64,000 nucleotides of DNA from NCBI GenBank assembly GCA_977020255.1, contig CDROCS010002105.1, positions 248,001 to 312,000 of the forward strand, in the 5' to 3' direction. The DNA comes from Obrimoposthia wandeli (lineage: Eukaryota). The notes under the pieces were generated by a model, which saw nothing but the letters and a program-made list of their open reading frames with translations, did no database searches and was not told where the DNA came from. Below, piece by piece: positions 1 to 13,000 of this stretch. The position numbers were made by a program, and so were the translations under genes. Every line of letters begins with the position of its first letter. Position 1 is the stretch's first letter.

Positions 1-527
1 TCATTTTTTTGGCGTCGAACCAGTTTCTTATGTTTATCTTTAAAACTGGCATCAAATTTAAGAATGTCATCTTTCACATCAACGCTTTTTCGCCAGTTAG
101 TATTTGCATTTTTTTTGTTAACAGTGACGCTGTTTAATAAAGCATTTAGGCGTATAGAGTCAGCTTGAGAGCCTGCCAAGTTTTGTGTCCGTTCACGAAA
201 ATCGGATCGAAATAGGGTGTCATCTATCAATAGCAGCTTTTGATTTTGTTCTACATGTTGCCCTTCTTTTACCAATACCTCTTTGACGATACCGCCTTCT
301 AGGTTTTGCACAATTTGTAGCTGCGATGATGGGATTACCTTGCCTGTACCCACGGTTACTTTATCCAGCTTGGCGACAGATGCCCATGCAATAGCCACGA
401 TAAAAAACAACACCATAACCCAAAGCATTATTCGCGCACTATGTGGTGTATTTAGCAATAAAGCCGCTGATTTATCATCAACGAAGTCTAATTGAGTAGT
501 TGAAAGTGCTCGGTTTTTCTTCGCCAT
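1..527 (-). CDS. HlyD-family type I secretion periplasmic adaptor (LapC-like), 3'-truncated by window edge
   Basis: Not in ORF track; read by hand from ATG at 527: MAKKNRALSTTQLDFVDDKSAALLLNTPHSARIMLWVMVLFFIVAIAWAS...GKVIPSSQLQIVQNLEGGIVKEVLVKEGQHV, open to position 1. TM helix plus the QxVQNLEGGIV motif is typical of T1SS membrane-fusion proteins. Confidence 0.92.
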   Translation of the reverse strand, partial: MAKKNRALSTTQLDFVDDKSAALLLNTPHSARIMLWVMVLFFIVAIAWASVAKLDKVTVGTGKVIPSSQLQIVQNLEGGIVKEVLVKEGQHVEQNQKLLLIDDTLFRSDFRERTQNLAGSQADSIRLNALLNSVTVNKKNANTNWRKSVDVKDDILKFDASFKDKHKKLVRRQKN

Positions 528-824
528 AAAATTACCAATGCAGTAGCCTAAGAATTCATACAGTAAATACCTAGTTACATTCTAGTCCTAAAAAAATATT
601 CTTTATAAAACAGAAGCTAAAATTCTAATATCTTGCCATTTATACTTATGTCATTGAATGCAACTTGCTCTTTAGGAGCTTAAAGTTCGTTTTTCTGTAC
701 AAAATATGGATGAGGGTTCTACTCATTATGCTATCAACGACTTACAGGATACACTTTTATGTGCAATTGGTTTAATTTGTCTTCTGTTGATATGTTTGTA
801 ACGGATTATTTCAAATGATAAACT

Positions 825-838
825 GCCAATATATTGAC
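825..838. promoter_or_regulatory. Putative FleQ/FlrA-type box in adhesin/HlyD divergent promoter
   Basis: GCCAATATATTGAC matches the Pseudomonas FleQ consensus GTCAATAAATTGAC at 12/14; a second GTCACGAAATGAC palindrome lies at 876-888. Confidence 0.35.
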
Positions 839-1087
839 GTAAAGTGTTATTTTTTATTAAAAGTATGAATTTTTTGTCACGAAATGACGTCAAAAAAGTC
901 ATAACGACACAGTTTAATCGTTAACGTACCATTATTTGAAAGTATGCTTTTTAGAGATTACTTCCAAATGATAGAAAGAATACATTATTTTATCCATGCT
1001 GATGAAGTTAGGTATTTGATATAAATAATAAAGATAAAACTATATGTGCGTGTGTACATATCCAAGTGCTAACTGAGTGGTCTTTTT

Positions 1088-4000
1088 ATGGATAAGAACG
1101 ATACAAAAAATGTGGTTGATATGCAGGCTTCAAAAGATGTCGCTTTTATCATTAAAGCAGGGAACAAGGTTGTTCCTATAAAAGCTGATTATCAGATGCA
1201 ATCAGATGAAGTAGTCGTTGCAAATGCGGGTGCTAAATTTGTTGTGATGCAAAATGGCATTCCTACTGTTGTGAATGAATCTTGCCCCACCTGTATCATG
1301 ATGTCCGTAGACGGCCTAAAAATCTCAGAGCTCAGTGATAGCGTATCGTTTAGCGCAGAAGGGGCGAGTAATTCCAGCTTCTCTTCGAATGATGTAGCCG
1401 CGATTCAAAATGCAATTTTATCTGGCGATGACCCAACAGAAACACTAGAAGCCGCAGCTGCAGGTAATGAAGCACAAGGTTCATCAAATAGCCGTTTTGT
1501 TGTTATTGACTACGATAACAATGAAACGCTTGCACAAGCGGGTTTTGATACTGCCAGTGAGCAGCAAGAAACTAGAAACGAAGATGAAAGCCTAGCTATC
1601 CTTACTGCTGAAGGGGGCGATACTGCGTCTATTTCTTTGGTTGAAGGTGATCTAGACGTTGACCAACTAAGTACGTATCCAGTAGAAACCACTCAATCTG
1701 TAACCATTGAAGCAGGAACGCAGCCACTCAACCCTGATTCATTTACGTTTGATTCGCTCACTCTTGATAGTTTACTTAGCGAACTAAATAGTGAAATTAC
1801 ATCAGGCGGTGAGCCAGTTGTATTTATCTTTGATTCAGCTACGAATTCTATTGTTGGTACGCAAGATGGTGAACCGGTACTGACGATTGATTTGGATATC
1901 AGCACCAATGGTCGAGATGTCACTCTCGATATCACGACGACATTACACCAACCTATCGATCATTTGGATGGCGCTAATAATTCCGGTTTAGTGACCAACG
2001 TTGATGATCAAATCAATATCAACCTGTCTATTCAAGGTACAGATACCAGCAACAATGCTCTCGATAATCCTATTGAAATTGATATCGGTATTGCAGATGG
2101 CGCCGATCCATCTTTTGGTACGGATAGCGGTGTAACAATTAATGAAACAACGCAAAAAGATGATGTGATTTCAGGCCAGATTCCTTTGGATTTAGGTTCT
2201 GATGAAATCGCAACCATCGTTTTCCAATTGAGCCAACCAAGCCTAGCAAATATCACCAGTAATGGCTTACCGACAACTTATACCGTTGAAGGAAATACAG
2301 TTACGGTTATCGATAGTACTGGTAACCCTGTCATGACGGTAACCATTGATACTGGCGGTTTTTACGACGTGAAAGTGACTGGTCCGATCGATCAGGGCAA
2401 CAGTGAATCGACCAATCTTGTCCTGAACGTCACCGCCACTGATAACGACGGCGATACCACTGATGGTTCAATGAACATAACCATCAACGATGGTGACAAT
2501 GCGGGTGGTAACAGTACCGATGGTAATAACCTAGGCACTGTTACGCTGACCGAAGGTGATTTGGATGTTGACGGCAATGGTGTTGGTGGCATTGATACCA
2601 CGTACCCAGCATCACAATCAGGTTCGTTTGTGATCCACGCAGGTGAAGACCGTTTAGTCCCTGATACAGTTGTTATCGACCCTGCTTTGCAAGATGCTTT
2701 AATCACCGAACTGCAAAATGAACTGACCTCGGGCGGCGAGAAGCTGACGTTTGAAGTCGATGGCAGCGGTAATCTGGTTGGTAAATTGCCAAGCGGCGCT
2801 GTTGCAGTGACCGTTTTACTACAAGGTGAGCAGCAAGGCCAAGACGTAAAAGTCACGGTGACCATCACGCAAAACGTCCCGCTTGATCATAACGGCGCAG
2901 ACGGCGCGGGTTATGTGACTTCTGATAATGATGACATCCACATCAATGTACCCGTGCAGGCAACAGATACCGATGGCGATGATTTAGATACCCCAGCCAA
3001 TGTGGACATCACCATTACCGATGGTGCTAACCCATCGTTCGGTGCTGACTCTGGCGTGACGATTAATGAGTCCACCGATAAAGGCGATGTCATTTCCGGT
3101 CAAATCCCACTGGATGTGGGCTCAGATGCGATTGATACGATTGTTTTCCAAGCGGCTCAACCAGGTTTAACTGGTATTACGAGTAATGGTGAAGCAACGA
3201 CCTTTACTGTTACTGGCGATACCCTGACAGTACTCGACAGTGCTGGCGATACCGTGATGACGGTGACTATCGCCACTGACGGTTCATATGACGTCACGGT
3301 CACAGGCCCAATCGACCAAGGTGACAGCGAATCCACCAATATTGATTTGAACGTGACTGCGACCGACAAAGATGGTGATACCACTGATGGTTCAATGGAT
3401 ATCACGATTACTGACGGCACTAATGCCGCGGGGGGTGACCAAGGTGCGCTAACGCTGAACGAAGGCGATTTAGACACGTTGGGCGACGGCGTGAATCCAA
3501 GCGATACTGATACTTCTTACCCAGCATCCCAATCTGGCTCGTTTGTGATCAAAGCGGGTGAAGACAGCCTTGTTGCGGGTTCAATAAAAATCGACTCAGC
3601 ATTACAAAGTGATTTGATCACCGAACTGCAAAATGAACTAACCTCGGGCGGCGAGACGCTGAGCTTTGAAGTCGATAGCAGCGGTAATCTGGTCGGTACA
3701 TTGCCAAATGGCGTTGTGGCGGTAACCGTTTCACTGCAAGGCGAGCAGCAAGGCCAAGACGTGAAAGTCACGGTGACTATCACGCAGAATGTACCGCTGG
3801 ATCATAATGGTTCAGATGGAACGGGTTATGTGACGTCTGATAATGATGACATCCACATCAATGTACCCGTGCAGGCAACAGATACCGATGGCGATGATTT
3901 AGATACCCCTGCCAATGTGGACATCACGATTACTGACGGTGCCAATCCTTCGTTCGGTACTGATTCTGGTGTGACGATTAATGAGTCAACAGACGAAAAT

Positions 4001-7000
4001 AAGGCAATTGAAGGTCAGATCCCGCTGAATGTGGGCTCTGATGAAATCGCAACCATTGAATTCCAATTAAGCCAACCAAGCCTCACTGGTATCACCAGTA
4101 ACGGTGAAGCGACGACGTACACCGTTTCTGGCAACACAATTACGGTTGTAGACAGTGCGAATAACCCTGTCATGACGGTGACCATCGCTACCGATGGTTC
4201 ATACAAGGTGACGGTTACAGGCCCGATTGATCAAAGTGACAGTGAATCGACTAATATCGATTTGAATGTGACTGCTACTGATAAAGACGGTGACACCACT
4301 GATGGTTCGATGGACATCACCCTCACCGACGGCATCAATGCTGCGGGTAATGATCAAGGTGCGCTAACGCTGAATGAAGGCGATTTGGATGTTGACGGCA
4401 ATGGTGTCGGTGGTATTGATACCACGTACCCAGCATCACAATCAGGTTCGTTTGTGATCCACGCAGGTGAAGACCGTTTAGTCCCTGATACAGTTGTTAT
4501 CGACCCTGCTTTGCAAGATGCTTTAATCACCGAACTGCAAAATGAACTGACCTCGGGCGGCGAGGAGCTGACCTTTGACGTCGATAGCAGCGGAAATCTG
4601 GTTGGTAAATTGCCAAGCGGCGTTGTTGCAGTGACCGTTTCACTGCAAGGCGAGCAGCAAGGCCAAGACGTGAAAGTCACGGTGACTATCACGCAGAATG
4701 TACCGCTGGATCATAATGGTTCAGACGGCGCAGGTTATGTGACTTCTGATAATGATGATATCCACATCAATGTGCCCGTGCAGGCGACAGATACCGATGG
4801 CGATGATTTAGATACCCCTGCCAATGTGGACATCACCATTACCGATGGTGCTAACCCATCGTTCGGTGCTGACTCTGGCGTGACAATTAATGAGTCAACA
4901 GACGAAAACAAGGCCATTGAAGGTCAGATCCCACTGAATGTGGGCTCTGATGAAATCGCAACCATTGAATTCCAATTAAGCCAACCAAGCCTCACTGGCA
5001 TCACCAGCAATGGTGAAGCGACTACTTTTACCGTTTCAGGTAACACGATCACGGTTGTGGATAGTGCGAAGAACCCAGTGATGACGGTGATTGTCGATAC
5101 TGATGGTTCATACAAGGTGACGGTTACAGGCCCTATTGATCAAAGTGACAGTGAATCGACTAATATCGATTTGAAGGTTACCGCTACCGATAAAGACGGC
5201 GATACCACTGATGGTTCAATGGACATCACGATTACTGACGGTACCAATGCCGCGGGTAATGATCAAGGTGCTGTTACGCTGAATGAAGGCGATTTAGACG
5301 TCGCGGGTGACGGCGTTAACCCAAGCGATACCGATACAAGCTACCCAGCATCTCAATCTGGTTCATTTGTGATCAAAGCGGGTGAAGATCGTTTAGTCCC
5401 AGATTCGATTGTTATTGATCCTGTACAAGTGAATGCCTTGATGGCCGAGTTGGCGAGCGAGCTGACGTCTGCGGGGCAAGTATTAACCTTCTCACTAAAT
5501 ACTGACGGTGACATTGTTGGTATGTTGGGCAACACAGTGGCGTTGACGGTTGAACTATCAGCGGCGCAAAACGGTCAAGACTTGACGGTGAGCGTTAAAA
5601 TTACGCAAAACGTTCCGTTGGATCATAACGGCGCAGACGGCGCGGGTTATGTAACGTCGGCGGGTGATGACATCCACATTAACGTGCCGATCCAAGCCAC
5701 CGATACCGATGGCGATGATTTAGATACCCCAGCTAATGTCGATATCACGATAACAGATGGTGATAATCCATCGTTTGGTACTGATTCTGGTGTGACAATT
5801 AATGAGTCAACAGACGAAAACAAGGCCATTGAAGGTCAGATCCCACTGAATGTGGGCTCTGATGAAATCGCAACCATTGAATTCCAATTAAGCCAACCAA
5901 GCCTCACTGGCATCACCAGCAATGGTGAAGCGACTACTTATACCGTTTCAGGTAACACAATCACGGTTGTGGATAGTGCGAAGAATCCAGTGATGACGGT
6001 GATTGTCGATACTGATGGTTCATACAAGGTGACTGTGACGGGCCCAATCGATCAAGGTGACAGTGAATCCACCAATATTGATTTGAAAGTGACTGCCACC
6101 GATAAAGACGGCGATACTACTGACGGTGTCATGGACATTACCCTCACTGACGGCACTAATGCCGCGGGTAATGATCAAGGCGCTGTTACGCTGAATGAAG
6201 GCGACTTAGACGTTGCGGGTGACGGCGTTAACCCAAGCGATACCGATACAAGCTACCCAGCATCACAATCAGGTTCGTTTGTGATCAATGCGGGTGAAGA
6301 CCGTTTAGTCCCTGATTCAATTGTTATTGACCCTGCTTTGCAAGGGGCGTTAATCACCGAACTGCAAAATGAACTGACCTCGGGCGGCGAGACGCTGAGC
6401 TTTGAAGTCGATGGCAGCGGTAATCTGGTTGGTAAATTGCCAAGCGGCGCTGTAGCAGTGACCGTTTCACTACAAGGTGAGCAGCAAGGCCAAGACGTGA
6501 AAGTCACGGTGACCATCACACAAAACGTCCCACTGGATCATAATGGCTCAGACGGCGCGGGTTATGTGACTTCTGACAATGATGACATCCACATCAATGT
6601 GCCGGTCCAAGCCACCGATACCGACGGTGATGATTTAGATGCGCCAGCTAATGTCGATATCACGATAACAGATGGTGCTAATCCATCGTTTGGTACTGAT
6701 TCTGGTGTAACAATTAATGAGTCAACAGACGAAAACAAGGTAATTGAAGGTCAGATCCCGCTGAATGTGGGTTCTGATGAAATCGCGACCATCGAATTCC
6801 AATCAAATCAACCAAGTCTTGCTGGCATTACCAGTAATGGTCAGGCGACTACATTCAAGTTTCAGGGTAATACATTGACGGTTGTGGATAGTGCGAAGAA
6901 CCGTGATGACGGTGACCATCGCCACTGATGGTACATACAAGGTGACGATTACAGGCCCGACAAGGTGACAGCGAATCCACCAATATCGATTTGAATGTTA

Positions 7001-10000
7001 CCGCCACCGATAAAGACGGTGATACCACTGACGGCACCATGGACATTACTCTCACTGACGGCACCAATGCCGCGGGTAATGATCAAGGTGCTGTTACGCT
7101 GAATGAAGGCGATTTAGACGTCGCGGGTGACGGCGTTAACCCAAGCGATACTGATACTTCTTACCCAGCGTCTCAATCTGGTTCATTTGTGATCAAAGCG
7201 GGTGAAGACCGTTTAGTCCCAGATTCGATTGTTATTGATCCTGCACAAGTGGATGCCTTGATGGCCGAGTTGGCGAGCGAGCTGACGTCTGCGGGGCAAG
7301 TATTAACCTTCTCACTAAATACTGACGGTGACATTGTTGGTATGTTGGGCAACACAGTGGCGTTGACGGTTGAACTATCAGCGGCGCAAAACGGTCAAGA
7401 CTTGACGGTGAGCGTTAAAATTACGCAAAACGTTCCGTTGGATCATAACGGCGCAGACGGCGCGGGTTATGTAACGTCGGCGGGTGATGACATCCACATT
7501 AACGTGCCGATCCAAGCGACCGATACCGACGGTGATGATTTAGATGCACCAGCTAATGTAGATATCACGATAACAGATGGTGAAAACCCATCGTTCGGTA
7601 TTGATTCTGGTGTGACAATTAATGAGTCAACAGACGAAAACAAGGTAATTGAAGGCCAGATCCCGCTGAATGTGGGTTCTGATGAAATCGCGAGCATCGC
7701 ATTCCAATCAAATCAACCAAGCCTCACTGGCATCACCAGCAATGGTGAAGCGACTACTTATACCGTTTCAGGTAACACAATCACGGTTGTGGATAGTGCG
7801 AAGAATCCAGTGATGATGGTGATTGTCGATACTGATGGTTCATACAAGGTGACAGTGACGGGTCCAATCGATCAAGGTGACAGTGAATCCACCAATATCG
7901 ATTTGAATGTTACCGCCACCGATAAAGACGGTGATACCACTGACGGCACCATGGACATTGCGGTACGCGGGTAATGATCAAGGCGCTGTTACGCTGAATG
8001 AAGGCGACGACGTTTGACGGCGTTAACCCAAGCGATACCGATACAAGCTACCCAGCATCTCAATCTGGTTCATTTGTGATCAAAGCGGGTGAAGATCGTT
8101 TAGTCCCAGATTCGATTGTTATTGATCCTGCTTTGCAAGGGGCGTTAATCACCGAACTGCAAAATGAACTGACCTCGGGCGGCGAGAAGCTGACGTTTGA
8201 AGTCGATGGCAGCGGTAATCTGGTTGGTAAATTGCCAAGCGGCGCTGTTGCAGTGACCGTTTCACTACAAGGTGAGCAGCAAGGCCAAGACGTAAAAGTC
8301 ACGGTGACCATCACGCAAAACGTCCCGTTGGATCATAATGGCTCAGACGGCGCGGGTTATGTGACTTCTGACAATGATGACATCCACATCAATGTGCCGG
8401 TCCAAGCCACCGATACCGATGGAGATGATTTAGAGATACCTGCCAATGTCGATATCACGATCACTGACGGCGCGAACCCCTCGTTCGGTACTGACTCTGG
8501 TGTGACGATTAATGAGTCATCACAGCAAGGCGATGTCATTTCTGGTCAGATCCCGCTGAATGTGGGCTCTGATGAAATCGCAATCATTGAATTCCAATTA
8601 AGCCAACCAAGCCTCACTGGCATCACCAGCAATGGTGAAGCGACTACTTATACCGTTTCAGGTAACACGATCACGGTTGTTGATAGTGCGAAGAACCCAG
8701 TGATGACGGTGATTGTCGATACTGATGGTTCATACAAGGTGACAGTGACGGGTCCAATCGATCAAGGTGACAGTGAATCGACTAATATCGATTTGAACGT
8801 GACTGCCACCGACAAAGATGGCGATACCACTGATGGTTCAATGGATATCACCCTCACTGACGGCACCAATGCTGCGGGGGGGGACCAAGGTGTGCTAACG
8901 CTGAACGAAGGTGATTTAGACACGTTGGGCGACGGCGTTAATTCAAGCGATACTGATACTTCTTACCCAGCGTCTCAATCTGGTTCATTTGTGATCAAAG
9001 CGGGTGAAGATCGTTTAGTCCCAGATTCGATTGTTATTGATCCTGCACAAGTGGATGCCTTGATGGCCGAGTTGGCGAGCGAGCTGACGTCTGCGGGGCA
9101 AGTATTAACCTTCTCACTAAATACTGACGGTGACATTGTTGGTATGTTGGGCAACACAGTGGCGTTGACGGTTGAACTATCAGCGGCGCAAAACGGTCAA
9201 GACTTGACGGTGAGCGTTAAAATTACGCAAAACGTTCCGTTGGATCATAACGGCGCAGACGGCGCGGGTTATGTAACGTCGGCTGGTGATGAAATCCATA
9301 TTAACGTGCCAGTGCAAGCCACCGATACCGACGGCGATGATTTAGATACCCCAGCCAATGTGGATATCACCATTACTGACGGCGCCAATCCATCGTTCGG
9401 TACTGACTCTGGCGTGACGATTAATGAGTCCACCGATAAAGGCGATGTGATTTCCGGTCAAATCCCATTGGATGTGGGCTCAGATGCGATTGATACGATT
9501 GTTTTCCAAGCGGTTCAACCAGGTTTAACTGGTATTACGAGTAATGGTGAAGCGACGACTTACACCGTTACTAGCGATACCCTGACAGTACTCGACAGTG
9601 CTGGCGATACCGTGATGACGGTGACTATCGCCACTGACGGTTCATATGACGTCACGGTCACAGGCCCAATCGACCAAGGTGACAGCGAATCCACCAATAT
9701 TGATTTGAACGTGACTGCGACCGACAAAGATGGTGATACCACTGATGGTTCAATGGATATCACTATCACTGACGGCACTAATGCCGCGGGTAATGATCAA
9801 GGCGCTGTTACGTTGACCGAAGGCGATTTAGACACGTTGGGCGACGGCGTTAATCCAAGCGATACTGATACTTCTTACCCAGCATCACAATCAGGTTCGT
9901 TTGTGATCACTGCGGGTGAAGACCGTCTTGTTCCAGATTCAATTGTAATCGACCCTGCTTTGCAAGCTGCGTTAATCACAGAGCTGCAAGCTGAACTAAC

Positions 10001-13000
10001 CTCGGGCGGACAAGCACTGACCTTTAGCGTCGATGGTGATGGCAATCTGGTTGGTAAATTGCCAAGCGGCGCTGTTGCAGTGACCGTTTCACTACAAGGT
10101 GAGCAGCAAGGCCAAGACGTAAAAGTCACGGTGACCATCACGCAGAATGTGCCGTTAGATCATAACGGTTCAAGTGATGGTGGTTACGTGACCTTTGACG
10201 GTGACAACATCCACATTAATGTCCCAGTACAAGCCACTGACACCGACGGTGATGATTTAGATGCGCCAGCTAATGTCGATATCACGATAACAGATGGTGA
10301 TAATCCATCGTTTGGTACTGATTCGGGTGTGACGATTAATGAGTCGATAGACGAAAACAAGGCAATTGAAGGTCAGATCCCGCTGAATGTGGGCTCTGAT
10401 GAAATCGCAACCATTGAATTCCAATTAAGCCAACCAAGCCTCACTGGCATCACCAGCAATGGTGAAGCGACGACGTTCAAGGTTGTGGGTAATACATTGA
10501 CGGTACTGGATAGTGCAGGCGATACCGTGATGACGGTGACTATCGCCACTGACGGTACATATGACGTCACGGTTACAGGCCCAATCGACCAAGGTGACAG
10601 CGAATCCACCAATATTGATTTGAACGTGACTGCGACCGACAAAGATGGCGATATCACTGATGGTTCAATGGATATCACCCTCACTGACGGCACTAATGCC
10701 GCGGGTAATGATCAAGGCGCTGTTACGCTGAATGAAGGCGACTTAGACGTTGCGGGTGACGGCGTTAACCCAAGCGATACCGATACAAGCTACCCAGCAT
10801 CTCAATCTGGTTCATTTGTGATCAAAGCGGGTGAAGATCGTTTAGTCCCAGATTCGATTGTTATTGATCCTGCTTTGCAAGGGGCGTTAATCACCGAACT
10901 GCAAAACGAACTGACCTCGGGCGGCGAGAAGCTGACGTTTGAAGTTGATAGCAGCGGTAATCTGGTTGGTACATTGCCGAGCGGCGTTGTAGCAGTGACC
11001 GTTTCACTACAAGGTGAGCAGCAAGGCCAAGACGTAAAAGTCACGGTGACCATCACGCAAAACGTCCCGTTGGATCATAACGGCGCAGACGGCGCGGGTT
11101 ATGTGACTTTTGACAATGATGACATCCACATCAATGTGCCGGTCCAAGCCACCGATACCGATGGCGATGATTTAGATACCCCAGCTAATGTCGATATCAC
11201 GATAACAGATGGTGATAATCCATCGTTTGGTACTGATTCGGGTGTGACGATTAATGAGTCAACAGATAAAGGCAATGCGATTGAAGGGCAGATCCCATTA
11301 AATGTAGGTTCTGACGAAATCGTAACGATTGTCTTCCAAGCGAGCCAGCCTGAATTAGCTGATTTGACTAGCAATGGCTTACCAACAACGTATGCAGTGA
11401 CAGGCAGTACCATCACCGTTTATGACAGTGCGAATAAGCCTGTAATGACAGTAACTATTGATACCGATGGATCATATAAAGTCACGGTCACTGGACCTGT
11501 TGATCAAAGTGGTGCGAGCGATAGCATCAATATCGATTTGGGGGTCACGGCAACCGATAAAGACGGTGATACAACGAATGGCTCAATGGATATCACGATC
11601 ACAGATGGTGATGATGCAGCAGGCGGTTATTCCGGCACGATTGAACTGATCGAAGGTGATCTCGATACTGACGGCAATGGTGTCGGTGGAACAGATACCT
11701 CTTATCCTGCAACGAAGTCAGGTAATTTTGAACTAACTGCCGGTGAAGATCGCTTGGTTCCTGACTCTGTTGAAGTTGATCCTGTGCAAGTCAATGCTTT
11801 GATGGTGGAATTGGCGTCTGAATTAACGTCAGGCGGCCAAGCACTAACTTTCACGTTAAATGCTGATGGTGACATTGTCGGTATGTTAAATGGCCAAGTG
11901 GCGTTGACGGTTGAACTGTCTGCGGCACAAAACGGTCAAGATCTGACGGTGACTGTCGATATCACGCAAAACGTTCCATTGGATCACAAGAATACTGGTG
12001 ATACTGCGGGTTATATTACTTCTGAAAACGATGAAATTCACATCAAGGTGCCGGTTCAAGCAACCGATACTGATGGCGATGATCTGATGAGTTCTGCCAA
12101 TGTAGGCATCATTATTAAAGATGGTGATGATCCATCATTTGGTACTGACTCTGGCATCACTGTTAATGAAACATCGAATAAAGGTGTCGCTGTAGAAGGT
12201 CAACTGAATCTGGATGTGGGTTCAGATGCTATTGCAACGCTAGTCTTTGCAGAAACTCAAACAGATCTTGAAAGCCTTACCAGCAATGGCAATCCTACAA
12301 CCTATGATGTGACAGATAACACGATCACGCTGTTTGACAGTAATGATCAAACAATCATGGTGATCACTGTTGATACCGACGGTAAATATACCGTGACGGT
12401 AACAGGTCCAATTGATCAAGAAGCGAGCTTGTCGACCGACTTGAACTTGGGTGTAATTGCGATCGATAAAGACGGTGACAGTGCATCAGGTTCAATGAAG
12501 GTCAGCATTACAGATGGTGCGAATGCGGGCGGTGGTGAAACCGCGAAGGTAGAAATCACGGAACCAGATTTAAATCCAAATGGCTACCCAGTTTCAGCTG
12601 AGACTGATATCAAGCTGAATGCGGGTGAAGATCGCCTTGATGTCACCACTGTGGGTATTGATGCCACACAACAAGCAGCATTAATTTCTGAACTGGAAGC
12701 AGAACTGACTTCTGGTGGTGAAAAACTGACATTCACACTCGAAAACGGTGTGTTAGTGGGTAAATTGCCGAACGGTGATGCAGCGGTCAGCGTGACAGTG
12801 ACGGCGGTGCAAGCTGGTCAAGATGTCACAGTGACGGTAAAAGTCGATCAACTTCTGCCTCTGGATCATAACGCATCGGGTAATAGCACGGGGTATGTCA
12901 GTGAAAATGGCGACAGTATTGCGATAAATGTTCCTCTGCAAGGCAAAGATACCGACGGTGACAGTTTAGATAACCCTGCGGTTGTGACGGTCACGATCCA

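Noticed and set aside
283-495. 70-aa plus-strand ORF
   Set aside because: Antisense to the HlyD-family gene.
6895-8020. Programmed ribosomal frameshifting in the adhesin
   Set aside because: The breaks are multi-base deletions relative to sister repeats, with no slippery heptamer; several successive shifts would be needed.
8876-8883. G8 run in the adhesin as a phase-variation switch
   Set aside because: In frame (Ala-Gly-Gly-Asp), and the actual frameshifts are elsewhere; no evidence of slippage.
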